A DNA stretch of 62,486 nt, counting the filler, from Candidatus Fermentibacterota bacterium (GTDB taxonomy: Bacteria; JAFGKV01), in assembly GCA_016928395.1 (NCBI GenBank). It is 4 parts of 4 records of this genome, joined end to end, with 100 filler letters (N's around TTAATTAATTAA, not from the genome) between each part and the next. Parts side by side here need not be neighbours in the genome. Positions count along the whole stretch, not along the records: positions 1 to 12,693 come from JAFGKV010000311.1; positions 12,794 to 42,744 come from JAFGKV010000312.1; 2 more parts are not named here. The stretch is one strand, 5' to 3'. Shown one piece after another: positions 8,749 to 18,891 of this stretch. Every line of letters starts with the position of its first letter. The first letter of the stretch is position 1. The position numbers were made by a program, and so were the translations under genes. The notes below the pieces were generated by a model that was not told the origin of the DNA, did not search any database, and saw nothing but the letters and a program-made list of their open reading frames with translations.

Positions 8749-11700
8749 ATGGAACAACCAACACCGGTAGCGATGGACGGCAACAGCGCGGCGTCCTACG
8801 TGGCACACTCACTGAATGAGGTAATCGCGATCTACCCAATCACCCCGAGTTCGGGCATGGGCGAGATCGCCGACGAGCGCTCGGCCGCGGGTTTAACCAA
8901 CATCTGGGGCAACATCCCCCACGTGGTGGAGATGCAATCGGAGGCCGGAGCCGCCGCGGCGGTGCACGGAGTCTTGGCCACCGGCGCGCTCTCGACGACG
9001 TTCACCGCATCGCAGGGGCTGCTACTCATGGTGCCCACGATGTTCAAGATCGCCGGCGAGCTCCTGCCGGTCACCTTCCATGTTACCGCCCGTTCCATAG
9101 CGTGCCAGGCCCTTTCGATTTTCGGTGATCACTCAGACGTGATGGCGGTTCGCTCCACCGGATTCGCGCTCTTGGCCTCCGGGAGCGTGCAGGAAGTGAT
9201 GGACCTGGCCTGCATCGCCACGGCGGCCTCCCTGGAGGCCCGGGTTCCTTTCGTGCATTTCTTCGATGGGTTCCGCACCTCTCACGAGATCAACACCGTG
9301 GTCGAGCTGACCGCCGAGCAGATGCGGGCCATGATCGATGATCGATTCGTCCTCGAGCACCGCGGGCGCGGTCTCTCACCGGATCACCCTATGATCTCGG
9401 GCACGAGCCAGAACCCGGATGTGTACTTCCAGGGCCGCGAGACCGTGAATCCCTACTATGCCGCGACCCCAGGAATCGTGGCTCGGTACATGGAGAAGTT
9501 CACGGCCATCACCGGCAGAGAGTACCGCTTGTTCGACTACTACGGCCACCCCGAGGCGGAGCGGGTCATCATCCTCATGGGATCAGGCGCGGAGGCGGTG
9601 TCGGAGACGGTGGACGAGCTGATGAGCATGGGCCATAGGGTTGGCGTCGTGCGGGTGCATCTGTATCGCCCGTTCTCAGCGGAGCACTTCGTCAACGCTT
9701 TGCCCGCCACCGTCAAGAAGATCGCGGTGTTGGATCGGACCAAGGAACCCGGCGCTCTGGGCGAGCCGTTGTACCTCGACGTCAGGACCGCCATCGGAGA
9801 GGCCTTGGAGAAGAAGATCGCCCCCTTCGGCGACTGGCCTCTCATCGTCGGCGGCAGGTATGGCTTGAGCTCCAAGGAGTTTACCCCCGGCATGGTGGCG
9901 GCGGTGTTCGACAATCTGCGGCAGACCGAGCCGCAGAATCACTTCACGGTGGGCATCGACGATGACGTGTCAGGTACAAGCCTGCCGTTTGACTCCTGCT
10001 GCGTGAACCGCACCGCCGACGCATTCCAGGCGATGTTCTACGGCCTGGGATCCGACGGCACCGTGGGCGCCAACAAGAACAGCATCAAGATCATCCAGGA
10101 CGGCACCGGTCTCAATGCCCAGGCGTACTTCGTGTATGATTCGAAGAAGGCCGGCTCGATGACGGTCAGTCACCTTCGGTTCGGCAAGAAGCCCATCCGG
10201 AGCACTTACCTCTGCAATGAGGCCGACTTCATCGGGTGCCACAACTTCATCTTCCTCGAGAAGTACGATATGCTGGGTCATCTCAAGCAGGGCGGCACCT
10301 TCCTCCTGAACGCGCCGTTTCCGGCGGAGGAAATCTGGGATGCCATGCCGCGCCCCGTCCAGCAGCAGCTTATCGACAAGAAGGCCAAGTTCTTCACCAT
10401 CGACGCGAACGAGATCGCCCGGAAGCTGGACCTGGGCGTCCGAATCAACACGACGATGCAGGCTGCCTTTTTCAAGATATCCGGCGTGCTGCCGCAGGAT
10501 ACCGCGGTGGAGCTCATCCGGGAATCCATCGAGAAGACCTACAAGAGCAAGGGCCCCAAGGTCGTGGAGATGAATCTGAAAGCGGTTGACGAGGCCCTGG
10601 AGAGCGTGTTTGAGGTGCACTACCCCGATCACGTCACCAGCACTCTGGAGATGCCCCCGACGGTACCGGATCACGCGCCCGACTTCGTGAAGCAGACCAC
10701 GGCCAAGATGATCCGGCAGGAAGGCGATACGGTGAAGGTCTCCGAGATGCCCGCAGACGGGAAGTGGATCTCGGCAACGACGCAGTACGAGAAGCGAAAT
10801 GTTGCCACGGACATACCGGTGTGGGCGCCGGAGAACTGCATCCAGTGCGGCATCTGCTCCATCGTGTGCCCCCATGCCGCCATCCGGCTCAAGGTCTATG
10901 ATCCGAAGAACCTGGAAGGCGCGCCGGAAACCTTCAAGAGCATCGACGCCCGGGGCAAGAACTTCGCGGGCATGAAGTTCACGGTACAGGTCGCGCCGGA
11001 GGATTGCACGGGCTGCGGCAACTGCATCGACAACTGCCCGCCCAAGGAGAAGGCGCTGCACTTCCACCGCCAGCTCGATCTTCGCAAACCCGAGGCCGAG
11101 AACTTCTCATTCTTCCTCTCCCTCCCCGAGACGGATCCGGCCCTCTTCAACAAGGCCACCATCATCGGCAGCCAACTGGTACGGCCTCTGTTCGAGTTCT
11201 CCGGGGCCTGCGCGGGGTGCGGCGAGACGCCCTATGTCAAACTGCTCACCCAGCTTTTCGGCGATCGCGCGGTCATCGCCAATGCGACGGGCTGTTCCTC
11301 CATCTACGGCGGCAACCTGCCCACGACACCGTATGCGAAGCGGGATGACGGGTTGGGCCCGGCGTGGACCAACAGCCTGTTCGAGGATGCGGCCGAGGTG
11401 GGCCTGGGCTTCAGGCTCACCATGGACAAGTTCCACGAGGAGGCAGCGCGCCGGCTCCAGGCAGCCGAAGTGCCCGCGGAGCTGAAGCAGGCCATTCTGG
11501 ATTCGCCGCAGAGCGACGATGTCGAGATCGCGGCGCAGCGGAAGCGAGTCGCCCAGCTCAAGGAGTTGGTGAAGGAGAGCGAGCCTCATTTGTACTCCCT
11601 GGCCGACTACCTGGTGAAGAAGTCGGTGTGGAGCCTGGGCGGTGACGGCTGGGCCTACGATATCGGGTACGGCGGGCTGGATCATGTGATCGCCTCGGGC

Positions 11701-12294
11701 CGCAAGATCAACCTGATGGTGCTGGATACCGAGGTCTACTCCAATACCGGCGGGCAGATGTCAAAGTCGACGCCGCGAGGCGCCACGGCCAAGTTTGCCG
11801 TTGCGGGCAAGCCTGCCCCCAAGAAAGACCTGGGCATGCTGGCCATGACCTACGGCAATGTCTACGTCGCAAAGATCGCCTTGGGCGCCAATCAGATGCA
11901 GGCGGTGCGAGCGTTGACCGAGGCGGAGAGCTATCCCGGCTCATCCATCGTCATCGCCTACAGCCACTGCATCGCCCACGGCATCGACATGGGCCACGCC
12001 TTCCAGGAACAGAAGAAGGCCGTTGCCTCGGGTCACTGGATACTCTTCCGGTTCGATCCCCGCCGGATCGACGAGGGCAAAAACCCGCTCCAACTCGATT
12101 CCAAGGCTCCAAGCCTCCCGCTGGAAGACTACATGTACGGAGAGACCCGGTTCCGGACCTTGCAGCGGTCGGATCCCGAGCGGGCCGCCATGCTGCTGGC
12201 CCAGGCCAAGCAGGATGTGCTGGGCCGCTATCACATCTACAAGCAGTTGGCCGAGATGAACTTCGAGTTGCCGAAGGATCTGCCGCAGAGCTAG
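8749..12294 (+). CDS. nifJ: Pyruvate:ferredoxin (flavodoxin) oxidoreductase, homodimeric type
   Basis: MDGN, YPITPSS, EMQSEAGAA, GLGSDGTVGANK, two CxxCxxC...CP ferredoxin motifs, FEFSGACAGCGE, GGDGWAYDIG. Confidence 0.97.
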   Translation: MEQPTPVAMDGNSAASYVAHSLNEVIAIYPITPSSGMGEIADERSAAGLTNIWGNIPHVVEMQSEAGAAAAVHGVLATGALSTTFTASQGLLLMVPTMFKIAGELLPVTFHVTARSIACQALSIFGDHSDVMAVRSTGFALLASGSVQEVMDLACIATAASLEARVPFVHFFDGFRTSHEINTVVELTAEQMRAMIDDRFVLEHRGRGLSPDHPMISGTSQNPDVYFQGRETVNPYYAATPGIVARYMEKFTAITGREYRLFDYYGHPEAERVIILMGSGAEAVSETVDELMSMGHRVGVVRVHLYRPFSAEHFVNALPATVKKIAVLDRTKEPGALGEPLYLDVRTAIGEALEKKIAPFGDWPLIVGGRYGLSSKEFTPGMVAAVFDNLRQTEPQNHFTVGIDDDVSGTSLPFDSCCVNRTADAFQAMFYGLGSDGTVGANKNSIKIIQDGTGLNAQAYFVYDSKKAGSMTVSHLRFGKKPIRSTYLCNEADFIGCHNFIFLEKYDMLGHLKQGGTFLLNAPFPAEEIWDAMPRPVQQQLIDKKAKFFTIDANEIARKLDLGVRINTTMQAAFFKISGVLPQDTAVELIRESIEKTYKSKGPKVVEMNLKAVDEALESVFEVHYPDHVTSTLEMPPTVPDHAPDFVKQTTAKMIRQEGDTVKVSEMPADGKWISATTQYEKRNVATDIPVWAPENCIQCGICSIVCPHAAIRLKVYDPKNLEGAPETFKSIDARGKNFAGMKFTVQVAPEDCTGCGNCIDNCPPKEKALHFHRQLDLRKPEAENFSFFLSLPETDPALFNKATIIGSQLVRPLFEFSGACAGCGETPYVKLLTQLFGDRAVIANATGCSSIYGGNLPTTPYAKRDDGLGPAWTNSLFEDAAEVGLGFRLTMDKFHEEAARRLQAAEVPAELKQAILDSPQSDDVEIAAQRKRVAQLKELVKESEPHLYSLADYLVKKSVWSLGGDGWAYDIGYGGLDHVIASGRKINLMVLDTEVYSNTGGQMSKSTPRGATAKFAVAGKPAPKKDLGMLAMTYGNVYVAKIALGANQMQAVRALTEAESYPGSSIVIAYSHCIAHGIDMGHAFQEQKKAVASGHWILFRFDPRRIDEGKNPLQLDSKAPSLPLEDYMYGETRFRTLQRSDPERAAMLLAQAKQDVLGRYHIYKQLAEMNFELPKDLPQS

Positions 12295-12313
12295 TCCGCG
12301 GAAGCGCATTCAC

Positions 12314-12347
12314 GGCCGGGTTCGCCCAACGGCGGGCCCGGCCGTCT
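12314..12347 (+). terminator. Hairpin downstream of nifJ
   Basis: ACGGCCGGGTTCGCC-CAAC-GGCGGGCCCGGCCGT followed by CTT. Confidence 0.45.
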
Positions 12348-12693
12348 TGCCGTCTGCGGGTATTCACCATGTCCGCCTAAAATGGCTAGGGGAGAAGCCC
12401 TCTGGCCTTGCTTCGAGCGACCTCATGCGCACGTCGCCAGGGAATGCAGCATTCCCAACGGGCGATCCCGGCAAGGTTCTTGACAGCACCGACCGAGCGC
12501 ACCCAGACTGAGTGCCAGCATCTGAGTCGGGGTGGGCTCCATCGGCTCCTGCATGGGAGGAGAGGAATGGCCGCGCGAGACGCCGACATCGCCACAGCCG
12601 GGGATTACGGCCGCGCATCGCGGTGCGCGGTACGGCGGCATCCTCATACCCTTCGCGCCGACCTCTTCAGTCTCTCCGTTCCCCGTCACCCTG

Positions 12694-12793
12694 NNNNNNN
12701 NNNNNNNNNNNNNNNNNNNNNNNNNNNNNNNNNNNNNTTAATTAATTAANNNNNNNNNNNNNNNNNNNNNNNNNNNNNNNNNNNNNNNNNNNN
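12694..12793. other. Artificial contig linker
   Basis: 44 N + TTAATTAATTAA (stops in all frames) + 44 N. Confidence 0.97.
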
Positions 12794-13300
12794 GACCTGT
12801 TCCACCTGGAACGTGTAGGCCTTCAGTTCCGAAGGAAGGATCAGATCGAGCTTCAGGTTGCTCTGGGCCAGCAGGTCTAGATTCTCGACGAGGAAGTAGT
12901 GCCACCCCTGGCAGGAGAATACACTGTCCGTCTCGCGGAGTACTTTGGTCTCCTCCTCCTTCCCGGGCTCTTGCCGGAAGATGACGTAGTCATCGCCTTC
13001 CCTCCGCAGCCCCTCGCGGGATCCGCGAACGAGATCCTCAAACAGATAGGTTGGCATGGCAACGCTCAGCGAGTAGTCACTCTCCATGGTGGCGATCAAC
13101 TCACCCTCCGGCGAGAGGTACTCGGTCAGCGAGTGGAGGATCCGCTCCCCCTCAAACGTCGCCGTATGCCTTTCCCGATACGCCAGCTCCCCCCCCTTGC
13201 CCCGGGCCTCACTCCAGTAGATGTCTTCTCGAGGCGCGGCCATGGCCGCCGCGGCGATTAACATGGCCACGAACACGATACGCCAGGTATTCCCGTTCAT
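12794..13300 (-). CDS. Hypothetical secreted protein, truncated at contig end
   Basis: GGAGG SD; signal peptide MNGNTWRIVFVAMLIAAAAMAA; open frame into the gap. Confidence 0.7.
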
Positions 13301-13488
13301 TTCCTACCTCCCATGGTCATAGTCAGTGTTGGATTGATCTGCTGCTTTGCCTGCTTCTGTCCGTCCGGACTTCTGCAAGTTTCGTTCCGAGACAGGGCCG
13401 GGTCCAGGTGTGCTTCGATGGCGCATGACAGTTCGAGCAACGCTCGAGGCCGTGATTCTCACTGCCGATCCCCGCTGGGCCTCCTCCT

Positions 13489-13959
13489 TCAGCCCAGGTG
13501 ACGGATCGTATCCAGGAGGCTGCTGGTGGATCGGTTCTCTACCAAGGGGATGATCACCACGCGACCACCCGACGCCTCCACCACCTCACGGCCGACCACG
13601 CGGTCGGGACTCCAGTCTCCGCCTTTGACTAGGATGTTGGGCCTCAACAAGGTTATGATCTCCAGGGGCGTATCCTCCGCAAAGGCGGCTACGCGGTCCA
13701 CCCACCGAAGGGCGGCCAACGTCTCGGCCCTTTCCTCCAAGGTCACTACAGGGCGGGATAGTCCCTTCAGCCGCCTGACCGAGTCATCGCTGTTAAGGGC
13801 AACCAGCAGCGTATCCCCCAGCTTCGCCGCCGCCTCCAGAAGGCGCACGTGGCCGATGTGCAGGATATCGAAACAGCCATTGGTGAATACCAGAGTGCGG
13901 CCGCGAACCCGCAGCGCTTCCCGCCAGCAGGCCAGATCGGCCCTATCCCAGAGTTTCAT
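13489..13959 (-). CDS. rfaE2: D-glycero-beta-D-manno-heptose 1-phosphate adenylyltransferase (HldE domain II)
   Basis: VFTNGCFDILHIGH, LNSDDSVRRLKG, LVKGGDW, STSSL. Confidence 0.93.
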   Translation of the reverse strand: MKLWDRADLACWREALRVRGRTLVFTNGCFDILHIGHVRLLEAAAKLGDTLLVALNSDDSVRRLKGLSRPVVTLEERAETLAALRWVDRVAAFAEDTPLEIITLLRPNILVKGGDWSPDRVVGREVVEASGGRVVIIPLVENRSTSSLLDTIRHLG

Positions 13960-14944
13960 CTTGTTGCACATCGTGTTCTAGCTCTGCGACGGATACCGGT
14001 TGGGTGCCTATCTTTGACACGCATATGCCGGCGGCAGCATTGGCCATGTAGGCAGCCTCCCACGGGTGGGCGCCGCACGCCAGGGCCAATGCCATGACGG
14101 CTACCGCGGTGTCGCCAGCGCCCGATACGTCGTACACTTCCCGGGCTTTGCTGGGGATGTGCCGTATCGCGCGCCCGGGGCCGAACAGCGTCATTCCCCG
14201 TTCCCCACGGGTGATGAGCAGCAGGTCCGCATGCATACGCCTGCGTAGAGTCGTGCCTGCCGCCACGAGCTGGTTCTCATCCCGGATGGCGATGCCCAGA
14301 AATCGTTCCACTTCGCTCTGATTTGGTTTCAGGAGCGTCACGTGGCGGTAGGAGTGAAAGTTCTCCAGCTTGGGATCCACGGCCACGGGAATGCCACGCT
14401 CATGGCTCCATTGTATGAGCGTCTCGATGACCCGAGGAGTCAGCACTCCCTTGTTATAGTCTTCCATGATGAGAGCATCTGCCTCGCCCATTCTCGCCCT
14501 GGCCGTTTCCAGCAGCCGCTCCTGATCGCGCGTGGATGCCGCGCTGGTTGATTCCCGGTCCATACGGACCAGTTGCTGCGAATGGGCCACAATCCGGCAC
14601 TTGACGGTCGTGTCACGGCCTTCCCCCACTATCAGCCCATCGGCTTTGATGCCGCGGGCGAGCAGGACCTCGCGCAGGGTCGCTCCCTCTGGATCGTCAC
14701 CCCGAAGGCCCAGGCTCATGGCGGTGCCGCCCATGGCACTGACATTGGCGGCTACATTGCCCGCCCCTCCCGGCCGGAATTCCTCCCTGTCGACCACCAA
14801 AATGGGAACGGGTGCCTCCGGGCTCACTCTGTGTACGGTACCCCAGACATACTTGTCGAGCATGTAGTCGCCCGTGACCAGCACCCTGGCTCCCTGCATC
14901 CTCTGGATGCATGCGAGCAACCTCCGTCGTCGAAGCCGCGTCAT
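13943..14944 (-). CDS. rfaE1: D-glycero-beta-D-manno-heptose 7-phosphate kinase (HldE domain I, PfkB family)
   Basis: GDYMLDKY, RVSPEAPVP, PGGAGNVA, DYNKGVL, EVYDVSGAGDT; start approximate. Confidence 0.93.
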   Translation of the reverse strand: MTRLRRRRLLACIQRMQGARVLVTGDYMLDKYVWGTVHRVSPEAPVPILVVDREEFRPGGAGNVAANVSAMGGTAMSLGLRGDDPEGATLREVLLARGIKADGLIVGEGRDTTVKCRIVAHSQQLVRMDRESTSAASTRDQERLLETARARMGEADALIMEDYNKGVLTPRVIETLIQWSHERGIPVAVDPKLENFHSYRHVTLLKPNQSEVERFLGIAIRDENQLVAAGTTLRRRMHADLLLITRGERGMTLFGPGRAIRHIPSKAREVYDVSGAGDTAVAVMALALACGAHPWEAAYMANAAAGICVSKIGTQPVSVAELEHDVQQDETLG

Positions 14945-14945
14945 C

Positions 14946-15737
14946 TCACGAACCCTCGCCTCTCTCTTCGTGTATCGTAAGCCACGGCCCCAGAGTTGGC
15001 CCCGGGGAAGCGCCGCCGTGACCAAAGCGCCAGCGGATTGCGGCCGTCAGCGCGCCGGCCCAATCCATCCGTAGAAAAACCCGTGCCTCTCGGGGCGTGG
15101 CAAACGGGCTTTCGCATGCCCAGTATACATCGTTCGTGCCCCGGGGCATGGGCATCTCATCCAGCATGAGCACGACTTCACCCGGAGACGGCAGGAGACC
15201 GGTGTGCCGCGAACCGATGGGTGTCGCGAACCGGGCCTGCGCGCCGGAATCCCGCACTACCCGGAGGACGCCTGCAGTGGCTGATCCGACCACCATCATG
15301 GACGTGCCGGCCTGCGTGGCGCGGCGCGCCAGCTCGATGCGCAAGGACTCTGCCGGAGCCCACCAGGCAACCAGCCCGTCAGCGTAGCCCGGCCCGGGGT
15401 CATCAAAACCCAGCCAGATCCCCCCGTGTGACCCCTCCGATGTGGTGCGCAACGCCTGGAGCATCGGTCGTCCAAGGCCCACGACAATGCTGTCACCCCG
15501 GGCCTTTAGAGTTCGTAGCAGGCGCCGGGCGTCATCTTGCGTTGAGACTCCGTACAGGCTGAGCGTCACGCCGGCCAGTTCGCGGGCAACGGCATCCGCC
15601 GTCTCCAGGCGGATACCCTCGGGCGGCACTGCGCCCACGACCCACACCACCGCGATTTCCTTTGCAGCGTCAGGGGCTGGTTCGTTTCCACATCCTGCGA
15701 GGAATGCGACCAGCACCCCCGTGATGACCTCTCTCAT
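14946..15737 (-). CDS. Hypothetical lipoprotein
   Basis: GAGGA SD; lipobox VAFLAGC; abuts rfaE1. Confidence 0.65.
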   Translation of the reverse strand: MREVITGVLVAFLAGCGNEPAPDAAKEIAVVWVVGAVPPEGIRLETADAVARELAGVTLSLYGVSTQDDARRLLRTLKARGDSIVVGLGRPMLQALRTTSEGSHGGIWLGFDDPGPGYADGLVAWWAPAESLRIELARRATQAGTSMMVVGSATAGVLRVVRDSGAQARFATPIGSRHTGLLPSPGEVVLMLDEMPMPRGTNDVYWACESPFATPREARVFLRMDWAGALTAAIRWRFGHGGASPGPTLGPWLTIHEERGEGS

Positions 15738-15800
15738 GGTGTCCTCAGTGGCGCCAGGTATCTAGATTCGGGGTTCAGGTATGGTCCCGCGACGCACGGC

Positions 15801-15855
15801 GCTATCGGCTGTCGGCTATCGGCTGTCAGCTATCGGCCATCGGCCATCGGCCATC
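15801..15855 (+). repeat. Tandem heptamer repeat (GCTATCG/GCTGTCG/GCCATCG, about 8 units)
   Basis: Read directly; the same unit occurs near 53897-53931 and, inverted, near 62207-62230. Confidence 0.85.
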
Positions 15856-16104
15856 TTTCCGAGTGCCCAGAGTGCCGACTGCCTGCCCCTCCCCCGCCAT
15901 TCAGTTCGTTCATCGCTTCATCCATCATGCCGTTTTCGACATTGGTCGACTGAGCGGTTACAGCAGAGCAAGGAAGAGGGAATCCAGTGAACCGGCAAGG
16001 GCACCGATGGTTGCAGCCAGCCGGCGAGTCCGGTATTGTGCCCCGCAAGGGACATCGTATCAGATCCTCATGTCGACGAGTTGGCTTCCCTGTGAGGTAG
16101 TACA

Positions 16105-17112
16105 GTGCAGACACTCACTATCGGGCCCGTGACTGTTCCCGGCGCGGTGATCATGGCGCCCATGGCCGGCGTTGGCAACTCAGTATTCCGCCAGATTGCC
16201 AGGGAGCAGGGCGCCGGCATGGTCGTCACTCCGCTGATCAGTGCCGAAGGCGTGGTGCGAGGCGACGGCAAAACCCTCGACCTGGCTGTGGTCCGACCGG
16301 AGGAACAGCCCTGTGCGGTGCAGATCTTCGGCGATGATCCCATGGTCATGGCCCGTTCCGCCAGGTTTCTGGAAGCACAGGGGGCGCAGCTCATAGATAT
16401 CAATGCCGGATGTCCTTCCAAGAGAGTCACGGCCTGTGGGGCGGGAGTGCGACTGCTGCGTGACATGGAGCGACTCTACGCGGTGGCGGCGGCCGTGGTG
16501 CAGGCGGTATCGATACCAGTGACCGCAAAGACGCGCCTGGGGTGGAGTCACACGGATGTGGCGGTGATCCCGGCCGTGCAGGCACTGACCCGCGCCGGGA
16601 TTGCCGCCATTGCGATTCACGCCCGGTTCAAGGGTGACGGACCATCGACGCCGGCCCAGTGGGAATGGATTGGCGCCGCTGTCTCCGAGACCTCGTGCCC
16701 CGTGATCGGCAACGGAGGCATCATGCGGCCCGAGGATGCCAGAGACATGATCCAGGCCACCGGATGCGCGGGCGTCATGGTCGGCAGGGCTGCGGTGGGG
16801 CGGCCCTGGCTCCTTGGCCTGTGCCAGCGCTCCATCGACGGTGAGGAACCGGTTGAAGACCCTCCCTTGGAGGAACGCCTTGAGGTCGGTCTTCGCCACC
16901 TCGCGCTGCAAGCGGAACTCGATCCGCCCGGGCGCATGGTCCACCTCACGGCGGGAGCCATGGCGGCGTATCTCAGGGGTTTTCCCCATGCGCGGGCCCA
17001 ACGGTACGCCCTGATGCACGGGCGAAGCTACGAGGAGCTTGAGGCCATGATGAGAAGCGCGGGAAGGACAAGCCCGGAGGGGGCGGAAGTCCGGGGAGTG
17101 GGCCTCCCGTAG
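16105..17112 (+). CDS. dusB: tRNA-dihydrouridine synthase (DusB-like)
   Basis: MAPMAGV, VQIFG, IDINAGCP, KTRLGW, IHAR, PVIGNG, GVMVGRA. Confidence 0.88.
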   Translation: MQTLTIGPVTVPGAVIMAPMAGVGNSVFRQIAREQGAGMVVTPLISAEGVVRGDGKTLDLAVVRPEEQPCAVQIFGDDPMVMARSARFLEAQGAQLIDINAGCPSKRVTACGAGVRLLRDMERLYAVAAAVVQAVSIPVTAKTRLGWSHTDVAVIPAVQALTRAGIAAIAIHARFKGDGPSTPAQWEWIGAAVSETSCPVIGNGGIMRPEDARDMIQATGCAGVMVGRAAVGRPWLLGLCQRSIDGEEPVEDPPLEERLEVGLRHLALQAELDPPGRMVHLTAGAMAAYLRGFPHARAQRYALMHGRSYEELEAMMRSAGRTSPEGAEVRGVGLP

Positions 17113-17139
17113 ACCATGTGCGGGACCTGGTATGCCGGG

Positions 17140-18891
17140 CTACGGAAGCTCGTAGTATGCAGTGAATCGAAGATCGCCGGGTACGGGTGTGTCATCGGCG
17201 TATCGCGAACCGCCGACATAGCGATCCTCCAGAGTGAACCAGGTGCTCACCGGCGCACCCTCCGGCACGACCGCCACCCGTACATAGTAGCTTCGGTTTT
17301 CCGAGTCCCATTGGGGCGCGAAGGTGAACCCGGTATGGGGCCGGTCACCCGGCGCAGGATACGGGACTCGGGCGATGGCCAAGGGCTCAGGGATGAGGGG
17401 GCTTTCCAAGAGCTGGAACTCAAGAACTCTCCGCGGCGAGTGCCGCGCCGGGGTGAAATACAGCTCGATCCTTGTCAACCCGGACTTCCGGGCGATGAAC
17501 GACTGGCCTGTGCTGGGACCGCCGTACACCATCGTCCCCTGATCTTGATAGGCGTCGACCCCCAGGCCCGGGTAGAGTCGCGCGGCGTATGTGGGGCGGA
17601 TCACTGCCGCCAAGGCGTACACATTCGTGCCGATCATGACCACGAGTACTGTCGCACCGATCACAATGCGTATCCGCTGTCTGCGTACTGGGGAGAGAAG
17701 CATGGCGAGGCCGATGCCGCCCAGAGGCGCATAGAGCCCGATGAGCAGTCCCAGATAGCGGCCTTGAGGGTCAAACTGCGCGAGATTGCCCTTCACGTAT
17801 CCCAGCACCCCGATGCCCGCCGCCGCGGCGACAAAGAAGCTTCCGGGGGGGACCTTTCGCTTCACGAGCACCAGGATCAAGCCGGCGGCAATAAGCAAAG
17901 AGATCAGATCGAAGACATCGATCAGGCGAGCAGGAGCATAGAGATCGGCCCACCCGAAGCGCGCCCAGAATGAGTTCTTGGAATGCAGCGCCAGAGTCGT
18001 CAGACCCGCCCGAGAAAGAAACGGACGATCCACCTTCACCAGTTGCCCCCCAAGGTGACGCAAGGCCAGTAGCGACGGCCCGGGCGAGAGCACCAGCATC
18101 CATGCCATGCCCAGCACTGCAGGTGCCGCGATTTGACCGGCCATCTGCAGGCGGTGACCCTTCTCTCGCCACACAAGGAAGGCTGCCGGCAGGTACAGAA
18201 AGACGAGAGTCGAGCGCACGGCAAACCCGGCAATCAGCAGGATGCCAAGCATGCGCATTCCCTGTGGAGTGACTGAATCGGCGAGATAGAGCCTTACCAT
18301 TCGGTGTGCGGCGAGGGTAGCCGCCAGCACGGCCAAGGGCAGGGGATCGATGGCCGCATGGGAGAAGATAAATGTGGGCGTGAGGCCAAATACCGCCACA
18401 CCGAGAAAGGGCCCGAGAATCGAGCCCGGCATCAGCAATCTGGCGGTTCGCCACACGACGATCAGGGTGAGGGCACCAAGCAGTACCGATATGCCGCGCA
18501 CCCCCCGGAGAAACGAGGCGCCGCGGAACCGGTCTGCGGGTATCCCTCCCGCGTGTTGGTACCGCGCCACCTCTGCCGAGACGCCGCCGAATGGGTTTGC
18601 CTCGATCTCAGGCTGGAGGTGTCTCACCGGTGAGAACACCAAACCCATGAGCGCGAAGTACGCCGGTGGGTGCAACTTGGCGTTCAGGGTTACGCCGGGG
18701 AATAGCGGCTGGGTGTGGGGAGTCGGCACGCGGCGCATCGTGGCGACGGTGAGGGCCGTGGACACCGTGGAGGGTTCGTCGGGGCTCTCCCACAGGGGGA
18801 CTATCAGCACATAGGCCGCGCCCAGCGCGAGAAAGGCGGCAAGCAGCACGGCCACGAGCAGGACGGGCTGCCTAGTGCTCACGGCTGACAT
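17140..18891 (-). CDS. GT-C fold membrane glycosyltransferase (PMT/DUF2142-like) with C-terminal extracytoplasmic domain
   Basis: PLWESPDEP, HPPAYF, many TM segments, SFWARFGW, QGRY. Confidence 0.75.
   Translation of the reverse strand: MSAVSTRQPVLLVAVLLAAFLALGAAYVLIVPLWESPDEPSTVSTALTVATMRRVPTPHTQPLFPGVTLNAKLHPPAYFALMGLVFSPVRHLQPEIEANPFGGVSAEVARYQHAGGIPADRFRGASFLRGVRGISVLLGALTLIVVWRTARLLMPGSILGPFLGVAVFGLTPTFIFSHAAIDPLPLAVLAATLAAHRMVRLYLADSVTPQGMRMLGILLIAGFAVRSTLVFLYLPAAFLVWREKGHRLQMAGQIAAPAVLGMAWMLVLSPGPSLLALRHLGGQLVKVDRPFLSRAGLTTLALHSKNSFWARFGWADLYAPARLIDVFDLISLLIAAGLILVLVKRKVPPGSFFVAAAAGIGVLGYVKGNLAQFDPQGRYLGLLIGLYAPLGGIGLAMLLSPVRRQRIRIVIGATVLVVMIGTNVYALAAVIRPTYAARLYPGLGVDAYQDQGTMVYGGPSTGQSFIARKSGLTRIELYFTPARHSPRRVLEFQLLESPLIPEPLAIARVPYPAPGDRPHTGFTFAPQWDSENRSYYVRVAVVPEGAPVSTWFTLEDRYVGGSRYADDTPVPGDLRFTAYYELP

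Noticed and set aside
12364-12693. Short ORFs at the end of contig 1
   Set aside because: No recognisable motif and cut by the gap; cannot be called.
12738-12749. TTAATTAATTAA repeated three times as a biological motif
   Set aside because: Always centred in 44+44 Ns; it is an artificial all-frame stop linker.
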